Below are positions 1 to 11,966 of a DNA stretch of 64,000 nt, piece by piece (positions within the stretch are counted from its first letter, which is position 1; each line of letters starts with the position of its first letter). The notes under the pieces are model-generated. The model ran no database searches and was not told the origin of the DNA. It saw only the letters and a list, made by a program, of their open reading frames with translations. A program made the position numbers and the translations under genes. This DNA comes from Lepidodermella squamata (Eukaryota; Animalia; Gastrotricha). The stretch covers positions 2,542,001 to 2,606,000 of the forward strand of contig JBLDXI010000003.1 in assembly GCA_047495785.1 (NCBI GenBank). Direction: 5' to 3'.

Positions 1-799
1 AACCTGTTGCGCCAGAAGAGGATTTGTCAGTCTGCGAGCGACTCCGCAAAGAGTTCAAAAACATCTTCAACCTCGAACTTTTCACCGACTACGTCTTCAT
101 CACCCTCTTAATCGCGATGGCCTTTTCTATCTTGGGATACTACGTTCCGACCCTTTTGGTAACTGCCCAGGCTGAAGATACGGAGAAGTACGGCGTGACG
201 AAGGAAGTTAAGGAGCATTTGATCCTACTTTGGGGTATCGCGAACCTTGTCGGGCGTCTTTTCGTCGGTGGCGTAGCTGATCTTAGCCGTTACACGCGTT
301 TCTGCTCATCTCTTTCCCTGTTCTGCATTGGTCTGATTGTTTCAGCTATTTGCCTACTCGTCTTCCCGCACGTCATGCACTACGGCAATCCGGCGTTCAT
401 AACCTTCGTCGTTATCTACGGCTTCTTCTCCGCTCCTTTCATCACCCTGAGATCGACAGTCGTTCAGGATTTGTACTACGACCGTAAGCAACAGATTGCC
501 AGTTCATTTGGCTGGACGCTTTGGGCTGAGGGCCTTGTCATAGTTGGCGAGTTCTACATAGCAAGTAAGTTCCGTGTGCCAAGTAAACTTTGGAGTTTTG
601 GCTTAATTATTAAACTCTCGTTTAATTAGCATTTTTCAACTCGATTTCACCGCTGTGGGCCTATTTATTCGCCGCTGCGAGCTTCATTCTATCCGCCTGT
701 TTCCTGGTCGTGTCGATCCGCCACTTTTTCAAAATGTATGATAGGAAGATCGCTGATATGATCCGCGAGCAACAACTACACCCGCACTGCATGCCGTGA
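1..799 (+). CDS. MFS monocarboxylate-transporter-like protein (SLC16-like), 3' part; 5' end is outside the window
   Basis: Multiple TM helices with SLC16-like motifs (FNLELF, GYYVP, GIANLVGRLFVGGVAD, YGFFSAPF). GT-AG intron 565-629 restores the frame to TGA at 797-799, followed directly by AATAAA. Confidence 0.8.
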
Positions 800-1062
800 A
801 TAAATCTCCGCCGCTTTTTATACATATCTACGCTGTGCGATGCATCATGTCGGCTTCTGACTGTGTACTTCGTACTTTCACAAAAAACCCTTTTGGATAT
901 GATCCGTTAAGCTGTATAACTCCGCTGTTCGCCAGCAGAATAAAACTCGATATAAACTGTGTCACGTAGAAAATAATCACGCAATCACCACGCACTTGGA
1001 AACGTGAAGAAAGCTAATTACAGAACCACGGCAAAGATGTACAAATCTTGAAAAATGCTGAC

Positions 1063-1260
1063 ATTTAAAATGGTGTCATGTCTATTTGAACACAGGATTG
1101 TGTATCGCCCAATGGCTATGCGTACACATCGAGTGTGCGTGATTGGCTACTTGAACACTGCGCGCGTTTAAATTTTACTATGTGTCACGCACAATTGTGT
1201 ACGCATAGCCATTGGGCGATACACTTTTCCCGTGTTCACATAGTCACATCCATTTAAAAT
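1063..1260. repeat. Inverted-repeat (MITE-like or hairpin) element
   Basis: 1100-1128 (gtgtatcgcccaatggctatgcgtacaca) is the exact reverse complement of 1196-1224. Imperfect complementarity extends outward (tgaacac/gtgttca, aaatgg/ccattt) and inward (tgtgcgtga/tcacgcaca). Confidence 0.8.
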
Positions 1261-3535
1261 GATCTTATTTCTAATCTTCCTTTTAGGCACCATCGAGGCC
1301 ATGGCTAGAAAACCAAAAGATATCGCCATGTTGGTTATGATACCTTTCACCGGCGAAGCACCAAAGGCTGGTGTCGCCTGCAAATTGGCGACACAAATCG
1401 TCTTGGATGAGGTAAACTCACGCCAGGACATTTTACCTGATTATCACGTTATGGCAGATTATCGTGACGAGGGCCCCGGTTCCTTTCTGGCGTCTCGAAT
1501 AACGCTTGACTTCAAGAACAATGCCTCGATACTGCAGTCACCTATCGTCGTCGGTCCCTACTTCTCCCCGGGCTGCAAGGCTCTTGCAGGGTTTGTCCAT
1601 CAACTTGATCTTGTCCTAATGGCAGCTGGATGCGGTTCATCAGTTTTCACCGCGAATAGGAAGATATACCCCAATTTGTACCGCCTACGATCGAGCGCGG
1701 ATTTGATAGTTTATCCTCAGCTGCGATTCATCCGTGAGGTTGGTAAATGGAATCGGATAGCCATTTTATCTTACGTGGGAAATCAACTGGACTACACAAT
1801 AGCCAGTCTTCTTCAGAAGGAAGCGGCAGGCAAAAATGTTTCGACCACTTTTTTCGATATCGTCACCGACTTCGATGATTTAGCAATGAATTCTCTGAAG
1901 CAAAGTGATTCGAGAGTGATTGTTTTACAGGTCGCTGAGCCTCCACTCGTGCTGCGATTTTTGTGCCAGTCATTCAAGTTCGGATTGACGGGTCCAAAAT
2001 ATGCATTTCTCTCACTAAATGCAGCCTTCTTGGAGCCTGACACACTACCTGAAGTGATTGAGCCGCAGTGCATGAAATCGATGATCTTCGAGCAGATGAA
2101 GGTAACAATCTGGGTTGGGGGTCTTGCTGTTACGGAGAAGCCGAACGAGCCAACATCGCTTGGCTTCAGCCTAATAGAGTTCGATAAAAAATTCAGCCTT
2201 GCCTCGAATGGATCCAAGCCTGCTGATTATGATAAAAGAACTCCATGTTTTGATGCTACGCTCCTTGCTTTATTAGCTCTAGATGGGACAGAGAGAAACC
2301 TAGCTATCCAAAACCTGAGTTTGACTGACTATACCACTAACCCAAAAGTTGTTATGCAAATAGCTAATTCCTCGTTAGGGGCATCGAACGGAATCGGGAT
2401 TCGAATGGGCCGGCTGCGATATTCAAAGCGAGGTGAAGTGGATGAGGACCCGTTTATAGCCACGGTATGGTCTCCAGATGACCATACCATGAACCACACG
2501 AAAAGCCGATACTTGTTAATCCCGAATAAGTCAGCAAATAGCTACGACAGCTACGTTTCAGAAAGGGTTGAAAGCATTGGCTGGGCAACTGTTAATGGAG
2601 AACCTCCTAAGGATTCTCCTTTTATAAGAATCGAAATACAAGACGTAGGGGACGAGTTGTTCCCCGTAGTTGCATCCTTCTCTTTCGTGGCTGCATCGGT
2701 ACACTTTATCGCTCAAGTTATATATTGGTCGAAGAAACCCGGTGAACACAACATTTTTCAACTATTTCCGATCGGACTTGCTGTCTTCAACGCTGGAGGA
2801 GTTATACTAAGTGCATCAGCGTTAGTCGGCTCGATGAAAGCCAGTTATGCTCCAGCAGCGGTTTGCGTCCTTCGATTGATATTCACTTTTACCGGTGTTG
2901 CATGCCTCACTGGCTCAATTTTCAGTCTAATGCTTATGTTCGCAAAATTTCACATCAACTCAGGGGCTGCTAAGCGTAAATCACGATCTCATTCTTCAAC
3001 GGCTTTCCCTAGGATATCAAATCAAGGAAGAAAGGTCAAACTCAGCACGGATGAACATAAGACAATTGCTAGTCTGCGTCACAGATTCATAACGATCGTA
3101 GTCGTGTCGGCATTCGGAGTGTTACTTATAATTTGGCTAATCGTCGATCCCACTCAGTTCAAGTTTCGCCAAATTGCTGACACACCCATATATATCGCAA
3201 GCGAAGATGCGTATGTCAGCTATCAAGTTCCAGTCTGCTATTCAAGCTATGATCATGTGTTCATAATCACGATAGGTGGGGTGATAGGGATTCTGTTACT
3301 AATCTCTGCACATCTAGCCCTCCAGCTACGTCACGCTGAAGAATTAACGCAATTCAAGGAGTTCAACATTGTCAGGATCCTGATTGCAACATTAGTTCCC
3401 ATTTTAGTTTGTTCATTCCTGCTAGGAATTTTATTGCCATCTCCAATCACTCAAAAGCTGATTTTGACATTCATGACGTTAATCTCCGCACTAGTAACAG
3501 GCATCGTGACGCTGCTAGCAGTGTGTCAGAAATAA
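1259..3535 (+). CDS. Class C GPCR, GABA-B-receptor-like (Venus flytrap + 7TM), intronless
   Basis: Signal peptide; ANF-receptor/VFT motifs (EVNSRQDILPDY, VVGPYFS, YPNLYR, WNRIAIL, DSRVIV); no cysteine-rich domain; seven hydrophobic helices including WLIVDP. Confidence 0.85.
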   Translation: MILFLIFLLGTIEAMARKPKDIAMLVMIPFTGEAPKAGVACKLATQIVLDEVNSRQDILPDYHVMADYRDEGPGSFLASRITLDFKNNASILQSPIVVGPYFSPGCKALAGFVHQLDLVLMAAGCGSSVFTANRKIYPNLYRLRSSADLIVYPQLRFIREVGKWNRIAILSYVGNQLDYTIASLLQKEAAGKNVSTTFFDIVTDFDDLAMNSLKQSDSRVIVLQVAEPPLVLRFLCQSFKFGLTGPKYAFLSLNAAFLEPDTLPEVIEPQCMKSMIFEQMKVTIWVGGLAVTEKPNEPTSLGFSLIEFDKKFSLASNGSKPADYDKRTPCFDATLLALLALDGTERNLAIQNLSLTDYTTNPKVVMQIANSSLGASNGIGIRMGRLRYSKRGEVDEDPFIATVWSPDDHTMNHTKSRYLLIPNKSANSYDSYVSERVESIGWATVNGEPPKDSPFIRIEIQDVGDELFPVVASFSFVAASVHFIAQVIYWSKKPGEHNIFQLFPIGLAVFNAGGVILSASALVGSMKASYAPAAVCVLRLIFTFTGVACLTGSIFSLMLMFAKFHINSGAAKRKSRSHSSTAFPRISNQGRKVKLSTDEHKTIASLRHRFITIVVVSAFGVLLIIWLIVDPTQFKFRQIADTPIYIASEDAYVSYQVPVCYSSYDHVFIITIGGVIGILLLISAHLALQLRHAEELTQFKEFNIVRILIATLVPILVCSFLLGILLPSPITQKLILTFMTLISALVTGIVTLLAVCQK

Positions 3536-3641
3536 TTAAGGTGTGCGGTAATTGAGCGCACGTCAGTGCGCGCACTGTCTTGAAGTTCGTGTGAGGGGAT
3601 AATAAAATATACTTCGCTATTTTACTTGAGCGAACTTCGAA

Positions 3642-4199
3642 ATGCATCTAACCGAGTTGAATGAGCTGTTGAAAACTGAAGGCGATGAGCCTGCCGATTT
3701 GCGGTTTCAGAAATTACTTGCAGTCTCCGGCATGCTTCTTGAACTTCAAGAAGCTCTGCTTGCCGCGTTGGGTGATCAATCGGACGACCTTATCTGGGCT
3801 TGCTTCCTGCAGGCCATGCAAGCACCTTTTAGCAATGCCTCTGTCAAGCCGCTTCAAGTGTCAAGTAACAACGCTGAAGTCGGGAGCCAGATGCCGAGAT
3901 CAAGATTTGCGGAGGGAGGGAAGGCAAGAATTCGACGACCTGTTGAGGCGATTTTACGAGAAATTGCGGAAGTTGCTGCTAAAATCGCAGCGAAACAGGT
4001 TACGCTGAAAGAACTCGGGGATCGTGTCAATGATCGTTATGAAATTCATCAAAATTTGACTGCTGAGAAGTCTAAACTTGATTCTGCAAAAATTGCTGTT
4101 GCGGAGAAGGTCGAAAACGACCGACGTTCCCGAATCGAAGAGCTCAACCGTCAGATTTCTAAAAGACAAAATGCTGGAAGAATTAACTTGGAAAATTGA
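3642..4199 (+). CDS. Orphan coiled-coil protein (family member A)
   Basis: ATG-initiated 185-aa ORF with a heptad-rich C-terminal half. Shares its N-terminal motif with 4630-5634 and its C-terminus with the nested gene at 35466-35750. Confidence 0.6.
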   Translation: MHLTELNELLKTEGDEPADLRFQKLLAVSGMLLELQEALLAALGDQSDDLIWACFLQAMQAPFSNASVKPLQVSSNNAEVGSQMPRSRFAEGGKARIRRPVEAILREIAEVAAKIAAKQVTLKELGDRVNDRYEIHQNLTAEKSKLDSAKIAVAEKVENDRRSRIEELNRQISKRQNAGRINLEN

Positions 4200-4316
4200 C
4201 ATGAAATGCTGGAAAAATAACTCGGAAAATTTACTGAATTGATTCGATTTAAATGCTATTTCTGATTTGAATACTGTAGACTTAGCGTACAAGTGTTTAT
4301 TCCTCCTGTTTTGAAG

Positions 4317-4574
4317 ATGAATTCTGATTCAAAGGCGACACACCCTGAAGCAAAGCTTGAGCAACTTTTAGCGAAGCTCGCGTGTATGGATAATGATGAG
4401 ATGGTTATGCGAGAGCTGATTTCAAAGTTGGATGCCGAAATCGAAGCCTTGCAAGCTGAAAATGCTAAGAAAACTGAGGACATCAAAAGCATGATAATGG
4501 AGTCGGAACGAGAACGAAAGGCTTACATTGAAATGATGGCAGCGGAGCAAGACACCTTTCTTGATATTATCTAG
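4317..4574 (+). CDS. Short coiled-coil ORF (possible family member or fragment)
   Basis: E/K/L-rich helical ORF (LEQLLAKL, MRELISKLDAEIEALQAEN) lying between the two larger coiled-coil ORFs. Confidence 0.4.
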   Translation: MNSDSKATHPEAKLEQLLAKLACMDNDEMVMRELISKLDAEIEALQAENAKKTEDIKSMIMESERERKAYIEMMAAEQDTFLDII

Positions 4575-4629
4575 TACTATACGCTAACTCTAACGTTTCT
4601 TGTCAATTTTTAGGGATTATAATTGAAAG

Positions 4630-5634
4630 ATGACATCTATTGATATGGCTGAAAAGTCGCAAGAGCCGCAGCTTGATGGAGCTAACGGAGATTCCGCTGT
4701 CCTGGAGCTTCGTCAACTTCTTGCCCAGCCTGGCGTGCCGGATTACCTTATATCTGCTATTGAGAAGAGCCCACCTTCAGCCGACTTGATTTATGCCGCA
4801 TACCGTTTCGCCTACGAAAGGAACAAGAAATGCAGTATGCTTTGGGGCAGAATTACTTCCTTAGAGAAATGCGCTGAGAAGTTCTGCTCGCTCGAAGTTG
4901 AATTAGCCAAGCAAACTGCCACATCAGAAGTTCTTCGAAGTGATTTGGAGGCTCTGCGAAAACAATCGCTAATAACTCGAAGACTTGCAGCTATTCGCAA
5001 ACGGCGATGCGATCGTCGAAAATTAGAGGTGATCCGGCGTCAACGGGAGATCAACAATTTACGTCGACAAAATGCCGACTTGAAGAAAGATGTTGAGATG
5101 AAGTCTTCCGAATTGGAAACATCTTTGCAGGTTGCGATCAAACCAGCTGAAATGGAAAAGCTATCTCGAGAGTTCGAAGAGCTCCGTTCGATGGAAAGCG
5201 AGGCTCGATGCGAATTGGACTTGAAAGTCGCAGAACTGACTGAGGCCCGGAATCAAATTGCTAAACTAGCCGATAGGGTCGCAAAGTACGACAGGTTGAA
5301 GGAGGATTACTTCAAACTGCGTTCCCACAGTGCTAAACTAGCAACCGATGGGCAAAATCTGATGGGTGATTTGAAACTGAAGGAACAATGTCTCGCTGTG
5401 TTGAGTTCTGACCTTGCTAAATCGAAAGGAATGGTTGGTCAGATGATGATGAGTTTATCGGACAAGGAAGCGGAATCTGCGCGTTTATTTGCTGAGCTTC
5501 AAGAGCGGAAAGTTGAATTCGAGCGTGAACGGTTATCTGCTTCGGAAGAAAAGGCTGCATTGGTTGAAGCTCTGAAATTAGTATCAAGCCGCAACCACGA
5601 ACTTGAAAATCGTGACAATACTGTTGAAAAATGA
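4630..5634 (+). CDS. Orphan long coiled-coil protein (family member B)
   Basis: 334-aa intronless ORF with continuous heptad periodicity and a basic cluster (RRLAAIRKRRCDRRK); AATAAA downstream. Confidence 0.65.
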   Translation: MTSIDMAEKSQEPQLDGANGDSAVLELRQLLAQPGVPDYLISAIEKSPPSADLIYAAYRFAYERNKKCSMLWGRITSLEKCAEKFCSLEVELAKQTATSEVLRSDLEALRKQSLITRRLAAIRKRRCDRRKLEVIRRQREINNLRRQNADLKKDVEMKSSELETSLQVAIKPAEMEKLSREFEELRSMESEARCELDLKVAELTEARNQIAKLADRVAKYDRLKEDYFKLRSHSAKLATDGQNLMGDLKLKEQCLAVLSSDLAKSKGMVGQMMMSLSDKEAESARLFAELQERKVEFERERLSASEEKAALVEALKLVSSRNHELENRDNTVEK

Positions 5635-6083
5635 AATAATTGATTATGCAGTGAATAAATTGAATATTGTGTGAATTCAACTCCTTTTCTCTTTATTCTC
5701 TGCGCAATAAGCGCAATGCGGGCCGCTGATGAATTTTACAAGAAACTGAAGATATAGGATTACAAGAGTTGCAGCTAATCCCTACAGCTTATAACCTAGA
5801 TTGATCTTGCTAGCATAGACGATTGAAGAAAAAACTGTCGTAATTACTTATCGTTTTAGTTTTTTCTATGTCTTATAGTCTGGGTTTTAGATTGGAGCTC
5901 TAATTAATCGCTGATCTCCAATCAATAGCAAGCCTCCTTAATTACGACAGGTAACCCTGGCGTGTCACCTGTCAGGCTAAAAACTGTTTTTAGCCCAAGT
6001 TCTGAAGTCTGAAGTAGTAGGGTTCTCTTTCACGTTGCACAGATTGTCTGTTTAATTTTAGCATAAACTTCTTGCGTCCTCGA

Positions 6084-8770
6084 ATGAGTCCTCGAAACCG
6101 AGTGTTACCTCGGTCTAATGATGCTCCAAGTCCAGTAATTGATGACTACAGCGAAGATGGTACGGAACGCATCTCAAGAAATAACACCACGACAAATTTT
6201 GACAAAGCCGGTTGGGCCAGCCGGCACTCCTCAAAATTCAACTTAGGGGATATTTTCGCTAACAACTGCCTGGCAGCTGTTTTCGATCCGCAAGCCGAAA
6301 CAGCAACTGGTCGTGGAATACAAATGTTTTGGGTACGATATTTTTTATAGAAACAGCAATGAACTTTGACTGTTTGCGTTGCCTAGGTCGTTATTGTTTC
6401 GATCATTTTCACCTCTTCGATTCTAGTTCAAGTGTATACGGACATCGATTTATCAAGATCTAGATCGATCAACGCCAGAGAAATCTACGTAGGCAGCGCA
6501 AATATGGGATTTGATTTGACTAAAAACTTTGTTTTTCAGGCATCTCGGTCGCTAGTCAATTCAGGTCAGGTTCAAAAGTTCGAAAATTTGTAAGCATATC
6601 TTGTCTGTTTCAGTTTTTGACATGGTGGAACTATTGGCAAAAGAGATGGATGTGACCTACGAGTAAATTCTCCAATTCAGAAAAATTGGACAAAATGATA
6701 ATTATTGATGAAAGGTTTAACAAGGGACCGTACGACATTTATCTACAGAAATCCCAGGATATCACGAGAAGTGTTGACCAGGTGAAAAAATCCATGGCGT
6801 TTTGGTCAATTTCGTATAATTCGATTTATATGTTCAGAATCTGCTAACAAATACGCGCTGGCCAACGGAGGCAGATTTGGCAGCTATACCTGTGGAGCTT
6901 AGAGTCAACCTTACCAATCCGACTGTTCTCAGGGCAGCCATCCGGGCACAGCGAGATATGCGTCGGGCTATTAATGGTACTCCAGGTAAGCTTGTGTGCA
7001 AGAGGGAATACAGGATGAAATTTTGCTGATAAATTCAGAGGCTGATGTATTGAGATTTTACTCTACAATAATCGAACAGCTCACTACTGTTGGCGGAGCC
7101 ATCATTTCAAGATCGCCAAGGTTTACTGGCTATCAAGATCTGCTTTCGATCACTCCAACTTTTCAAATGGTTGGTTCAATTTTGCCCAACAATTTTACTT
7201 TCATAAATTTTGGCTTCAAATTACAGTGGATGAGTTTTAAACAATACTCCTCAGTCGGGAGAAAGCTGGCTTATGAAAGCAAGTGCTTGATTATAAGTGT
7301 TATGAGGTTCTTGAATCGCTATTTAAACAGATCGCACAATGGAATACGACGACCCTGTGTACACTAATTTGCTGGGCTATTTCCTGAAATATCAGGAATA
7401 TATGTCTGTAGCTGCTCGAATGTCCGAATATGCCTCCGATCAGTTTGTAAACCTTACAGCTCAAGATGAAAACAAAAATGTAGAGGCCATGCACGCACTG
7501 GTGAGTTGAGAATCCACTGTTACTCTGTTCTCAGTCTCAAGGCTCAATCGAACTATAGGTATTGGGAGCAGACTTCAACCTGATAGATGGCTGGACGTAC
7601 GGAGATGTGATGGTTAAACAGGACGTGAACATTCAATATGCTCTAAATGAATTGAGACGACGGATCGACTACTTCTTGACTACTCAAGCAGAAGCTTGGC
7701 CAGAAAAAGATAAATTTTGTGAGTAGTGCAAAGAGTTTCAGGTTCTAACTATAACTCACTTGATGCCCTAGCTGCCCCAATGTTCGCGATTTCCGCTGCT
7801 TTTGCTGTTACAACCTTTATTTTGCACGTGGTTGCTACGCGCATAATTCAAAAAGAAATTTGGAAAAATTATTTATTCCTTGATGGGCTGAAAGAAGCTC
7901 TGAAGCTATTGTACGATTATCTACCTCGCGATTTGGTTGGCCTTGCAATGTCGGAGCAAGTTGGCCCCGTCAGACATTTCGGAGGTAAACGCACTTCTTA
8001 TATGACATTTTCTTTATCTCATGTAAACCAGACACGTGTATCGCAATGATGGACATATACAACGCCGATGATCTATATATGGATCATGAACCCAAAGACT
8101 TCGTTGCTATTCTGAACCGCGCTTATGAATTGGTTGAGAGCAACATTATGAAGTCGAATTGCTTCAAAGTTGAAGTCCTGAGTAAGTTTTTTACTAGGTT
8201 TTCTTCATGAAATGTATTGAAATGAATTCTTCTCAGGCGATCATTTCATCCTGGGAACCGGTGTTGGCGAGCATCATGCGCTGGACCACGTAGGCTCTTT
8301 CAACCTGCCAGCTAGATATATCATATCACATTTTCAGGTGGTTGAGCTGGTGTACATTGCGCTGGATTTGCAAGAAAAAGTAGCAGAAATGAACAGCTTT
8401 TTCCCTCCGAATGAAGAAGTCCGCTTCCGAATGGCGATTCACAGTGGCCCATGCTTTGCAAGAGTTGTCTATTTGCAAGTTGCTAGAATGGCCATAGTTG
8501 GAACCCTGCTTGAAACTACGGCGCTTGTTCACGCGACTAGCATCGGTTACTTTCGATTCTAATGCATTTTCTTATGATAATCTCGAGGTTTTTATAGCTT
8601 CAAAGGTTCAAGTTACTCAAACGGTTTATGAACGCCTCAACAATCTTGGCAGTGATGTCGCGTTCTCAGCTCGTGGCTCTATTGGAGTTAAGAGTGAAAG
8701 ACTCAATCTGTATTGGGCATTCTGGCTCGACGAATCTATGTTCGCTAACGAGAATGAAAGCATGCCCTAG
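6084..8770 (+). CDS. Membrane NIT-domain-like guanylyl-cyclase-fold protein 1 (multi-exon; catalytically incomplete)
   Basis: Manual splicing gives TM, helical NIT-like region, second TM, LYDYLPRDLV linker, then class III cyclase fold (MMDIYN, FKVEVLSD, RFRMAIHSGP, KVQVTQ, FSARG). Confidence 0.75.
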
Positions 8771-9134
8771 ACTCTTCTACCTCTCTCTATAATCCTGATA
8801 CTGATTTCAGGGTATTATGTACCAATCACGAATGTCTTATTCAGGCTTGCGGCATCAATTTTTTATGCAAAATCACGCAAAAAAATAGCTAATCTTTTAC
8901 TAATCACCCGCGTGCTTTGGCTTTTATTCATTGTGCAGCTTATTGTTCTGAAATCCTAAATGATATATCTGACGTTCTTTGGAAAAAGAAATTTATATAT
9001 AGCACTCAATAGATACTGCACGTGACATAAAATACTCTAAAATCACACGAATATAAAAACACTCAAAATAATAAGTTGCGTCTGTGTTCCGCAAAATGAT
9101 GGCAGTTTAAAGGGTTGTTAGAGCCATTTTCAGG

Positions 9135-11966
9135 TTACTTTCTACGCCTACTCCCTGCTTCAGATTCTCCATTTACAGATGCTGCTCGCGACGCGAGGGA
9201 GCTAACCGTGCTCAGTGTATCATGATCGTCGAATATCAGCCCGGCGGTTGCTTCGTCTGCAGAAACCCAATAGACGGGAATCTCAGCCTTAAAATAATAT
9301 TAATAACATTAGCCCGAAAGATTGCAGAATTACCTCCCCGCGATCGATAACGCCCCGGTATGTCATATCAAGTTCAATCGGGCTAGTTAGCAAGCGGCTA
9401 TAGGTCGTCGCAGTGACCTGCATTTTCATAGGCAAACAAGCCGCGTGAGCGATAGCAGCAAGCTGCAGAACGTTCCCGAATAGCACGACCCTTGGCACCT
9501 GGAGGTAGACGATGCGGCCGTAGCCAATGCCAACATGAACGCCAATGCGAATTTGTAGTATTTTGTGCTGCTCATCAGTGTTGTTGTTCAAAGCTTTCAC
9601 AGCGTCTATAAGCTCCAGGCCAGCGAAAACATGCTCGATAACATTATCGACAGGGTGAAATTCACCCATTCCACTAGCGATTGTAACGTTATCGCCTGGT
9701 TCGGAGTGTCAATGTAAAGAATTACTGTAAAAGACTTGGTACTTACCAAACACTTCAACTTTGAAGCAATTGTATTTGGTAAAGCAAAGCTCCATTTGTT
9801 CGAAATATTCCGAAAGTTTTTCTGAGAATTCGTTCGCTTCGAGACATTGGGCCAATGTCTCGGAGTTAAATAGGTCCACAATCATGACGCAAAGGCCTTA
9901 GCATGGAAAAATTGTGTTTAAATGGCTTTTAAATGCTATAAGATTACTGTCGAAGCGTTTAACAGTCGTGGCTGTATCGGATCCATTTCTTACAGGTTTG
10001 ATCAGATGAGATGGAACGTAGTCATAATGCAGCGAGAGCGCCTCCTTCAAAGCTCGAAGTTTCGAAATGTACTTATCGACTTGCTGCAAAAGGTGCCAGC
10101 TTCCAGCGATATGGATGAAAAATGCTACGACAGCGATTCCACCAGCGACAGCGTACATGGCAACCGCTTAAAATAGGAAATTTGTATGGACTATCAGTGA
10201 CTTTGGAAAACTTACAGAATATTTCGTCGCTGGCCAACTCACTAGGGTCGTAGATGTCAGCAGCTGCAGCGAAAGCCACCTTAACTTGGCTAATAACATA
10301 GAGAATCCCTTGCTCTGCCTTTGCCGCAGTTGAAATCCAGCTATCCAATGTAATTTTATCAAACCGCCGCTCATCCATCTGTTTATATTTGATATACATT
10401 CAAATTCACAATTTCACTAAAATGTTCGAGCTAACATAGCCTTGGTAGGCCTCCATATCCTTGTAAAAATCTTGCGATGTGTAGTTATCAAGTTGAGCTT
10501 TGCTAACTTCACTGAAAAGGCGGTTGTTTGACAGGGACTGTGCATATCCCTCACGAGCTCGAACAAGATCTCGGTACACTTTGTAAACAAAATAATCAAA
10601 AGCTGAAATCCGAGATACGATAATTACTTACCGAAGTCATTCATGCTTCTAGTAGCCATTCCTTTAAAAAAGTCCAAAAAACTCTCCGCAAATCCAGGAA
10701 TAAAAGTTTAAGAAACGAACGTTCTCTAAGCAGCTTTCGTCCAGCGGTCGTATACTTTCGATAGCTCATCCACTGAAAAAAACATGTCATCATTTAGGAA
10801 AAGGAAAAATGAGTCCGGTACCATTTGATGATTTGGATGAATGGAGATGAGTAGGCGGAATCCTGGAAATCTCTGGGTGTTGAGTACTGCCGAACGAATG
10901 ACTTGATAAAGGCTATCGATAACGTTCAAATAGAAGTAGGTTGCTGCCTCCTCTGTCATAGAAATAATAGCCGTGTGTGATTAGGCAATTCTCATACCTA
11001 TGTCCTATGTGATGAACCCATACCTGAGAGATTATTGCGCCTCGTTTCTCTGTGAAACCGCAGGGCCGTTCGAAGAGCTGTTTGTGAAGAAACATTTGCC
11101 CGAAACTCAGGCTCCAAGGTCATCAAGTCGTCATCGTTCGGCCAATCGTCAGTCATAATCAGTTTCTACGATGTATAGGTACATCACAGATTTTACAGCA
11201 GCTAAAATTTCTAAAATACCGTGTCAACGTTCTGCATGACACTTTGGGCATTTTGCTGGAAAAAGTCGTAGCTTCCGGTGTTATATTCGTAAAAAACCTC
11301 CATTTCGTAGACCAATAGAGTCACCAAATCAAGCTGGTTCATAATTATTTTCATATTCCGCTGAAAAACTCCTTATCAGTGCACTCATTCAAATAGAAAT
11401 TGTAACTTGCCCTCAACGTTGTGTCCTCAACTTGTCGATCAATAACGCCAGCAGCATCAGGTAATACTTGAACAATTATGCCTGCGACGAATCCAAGAGC
11501 GATAGTTACGACCTGGTTTGTAATGAAACATTTGAAATTATTCTCGGAGTAACGACATTAGTTGTCATACCAAGAAAAGTTGTAGCATTCTAGATCGATT
11601 GGTCGACTCGGAACAGAGCAGGTCTGACAATTGTTTTCCCAACCTTCGCGAGCCGTGAAAAGCCCTACCTCCTATCGTAGAGGCCCCAGTGTTAGTCTCA
11701 TAGTCGAAAGAAGACTCCATGGAACTATTCTGATCAGCGTCGTATGCCTGCTGTGTCATGTTTTTCATTGCGATGATATCCCGAGATTCAATCGCAGCTT
11801 CAGTTTTCCCGCGTGAGGACTTAGACTTCTTGTCACTAGCTTTCGACGGGTTGGGTGGTTTCGCTGATGTGGGAATAGGTACGGTATTTGGCCTAGGTTC
11901 CATTGCCTTTGCGGTGGCATGTTGGTCTTCACAGTCGCAAGGACAATCAGGTTTGTGTTGAACCAT
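9135..11966 (-). CDS. Membrane NIT-domain-like guanylyl-cyclase-fold protein 2 (multi-exon; catalytically incomplete)
   Basis: Paralogue of the previous gene: HYDYVPSHL, IVDLFN, FKVEVFGD, LQIRIGVHVG, VPRVVLFG, KMQVT, MTYRG. Last exon ends ...GSRRRK* at 9135. Confidence 0.75.

Noticed and set aside
3564-3577. Perfect 14-bp palindrome cagtgcgcgcactg (and a coding hairpin near 9840-9861)
   Set aside because: Too short to distinguish from chance.
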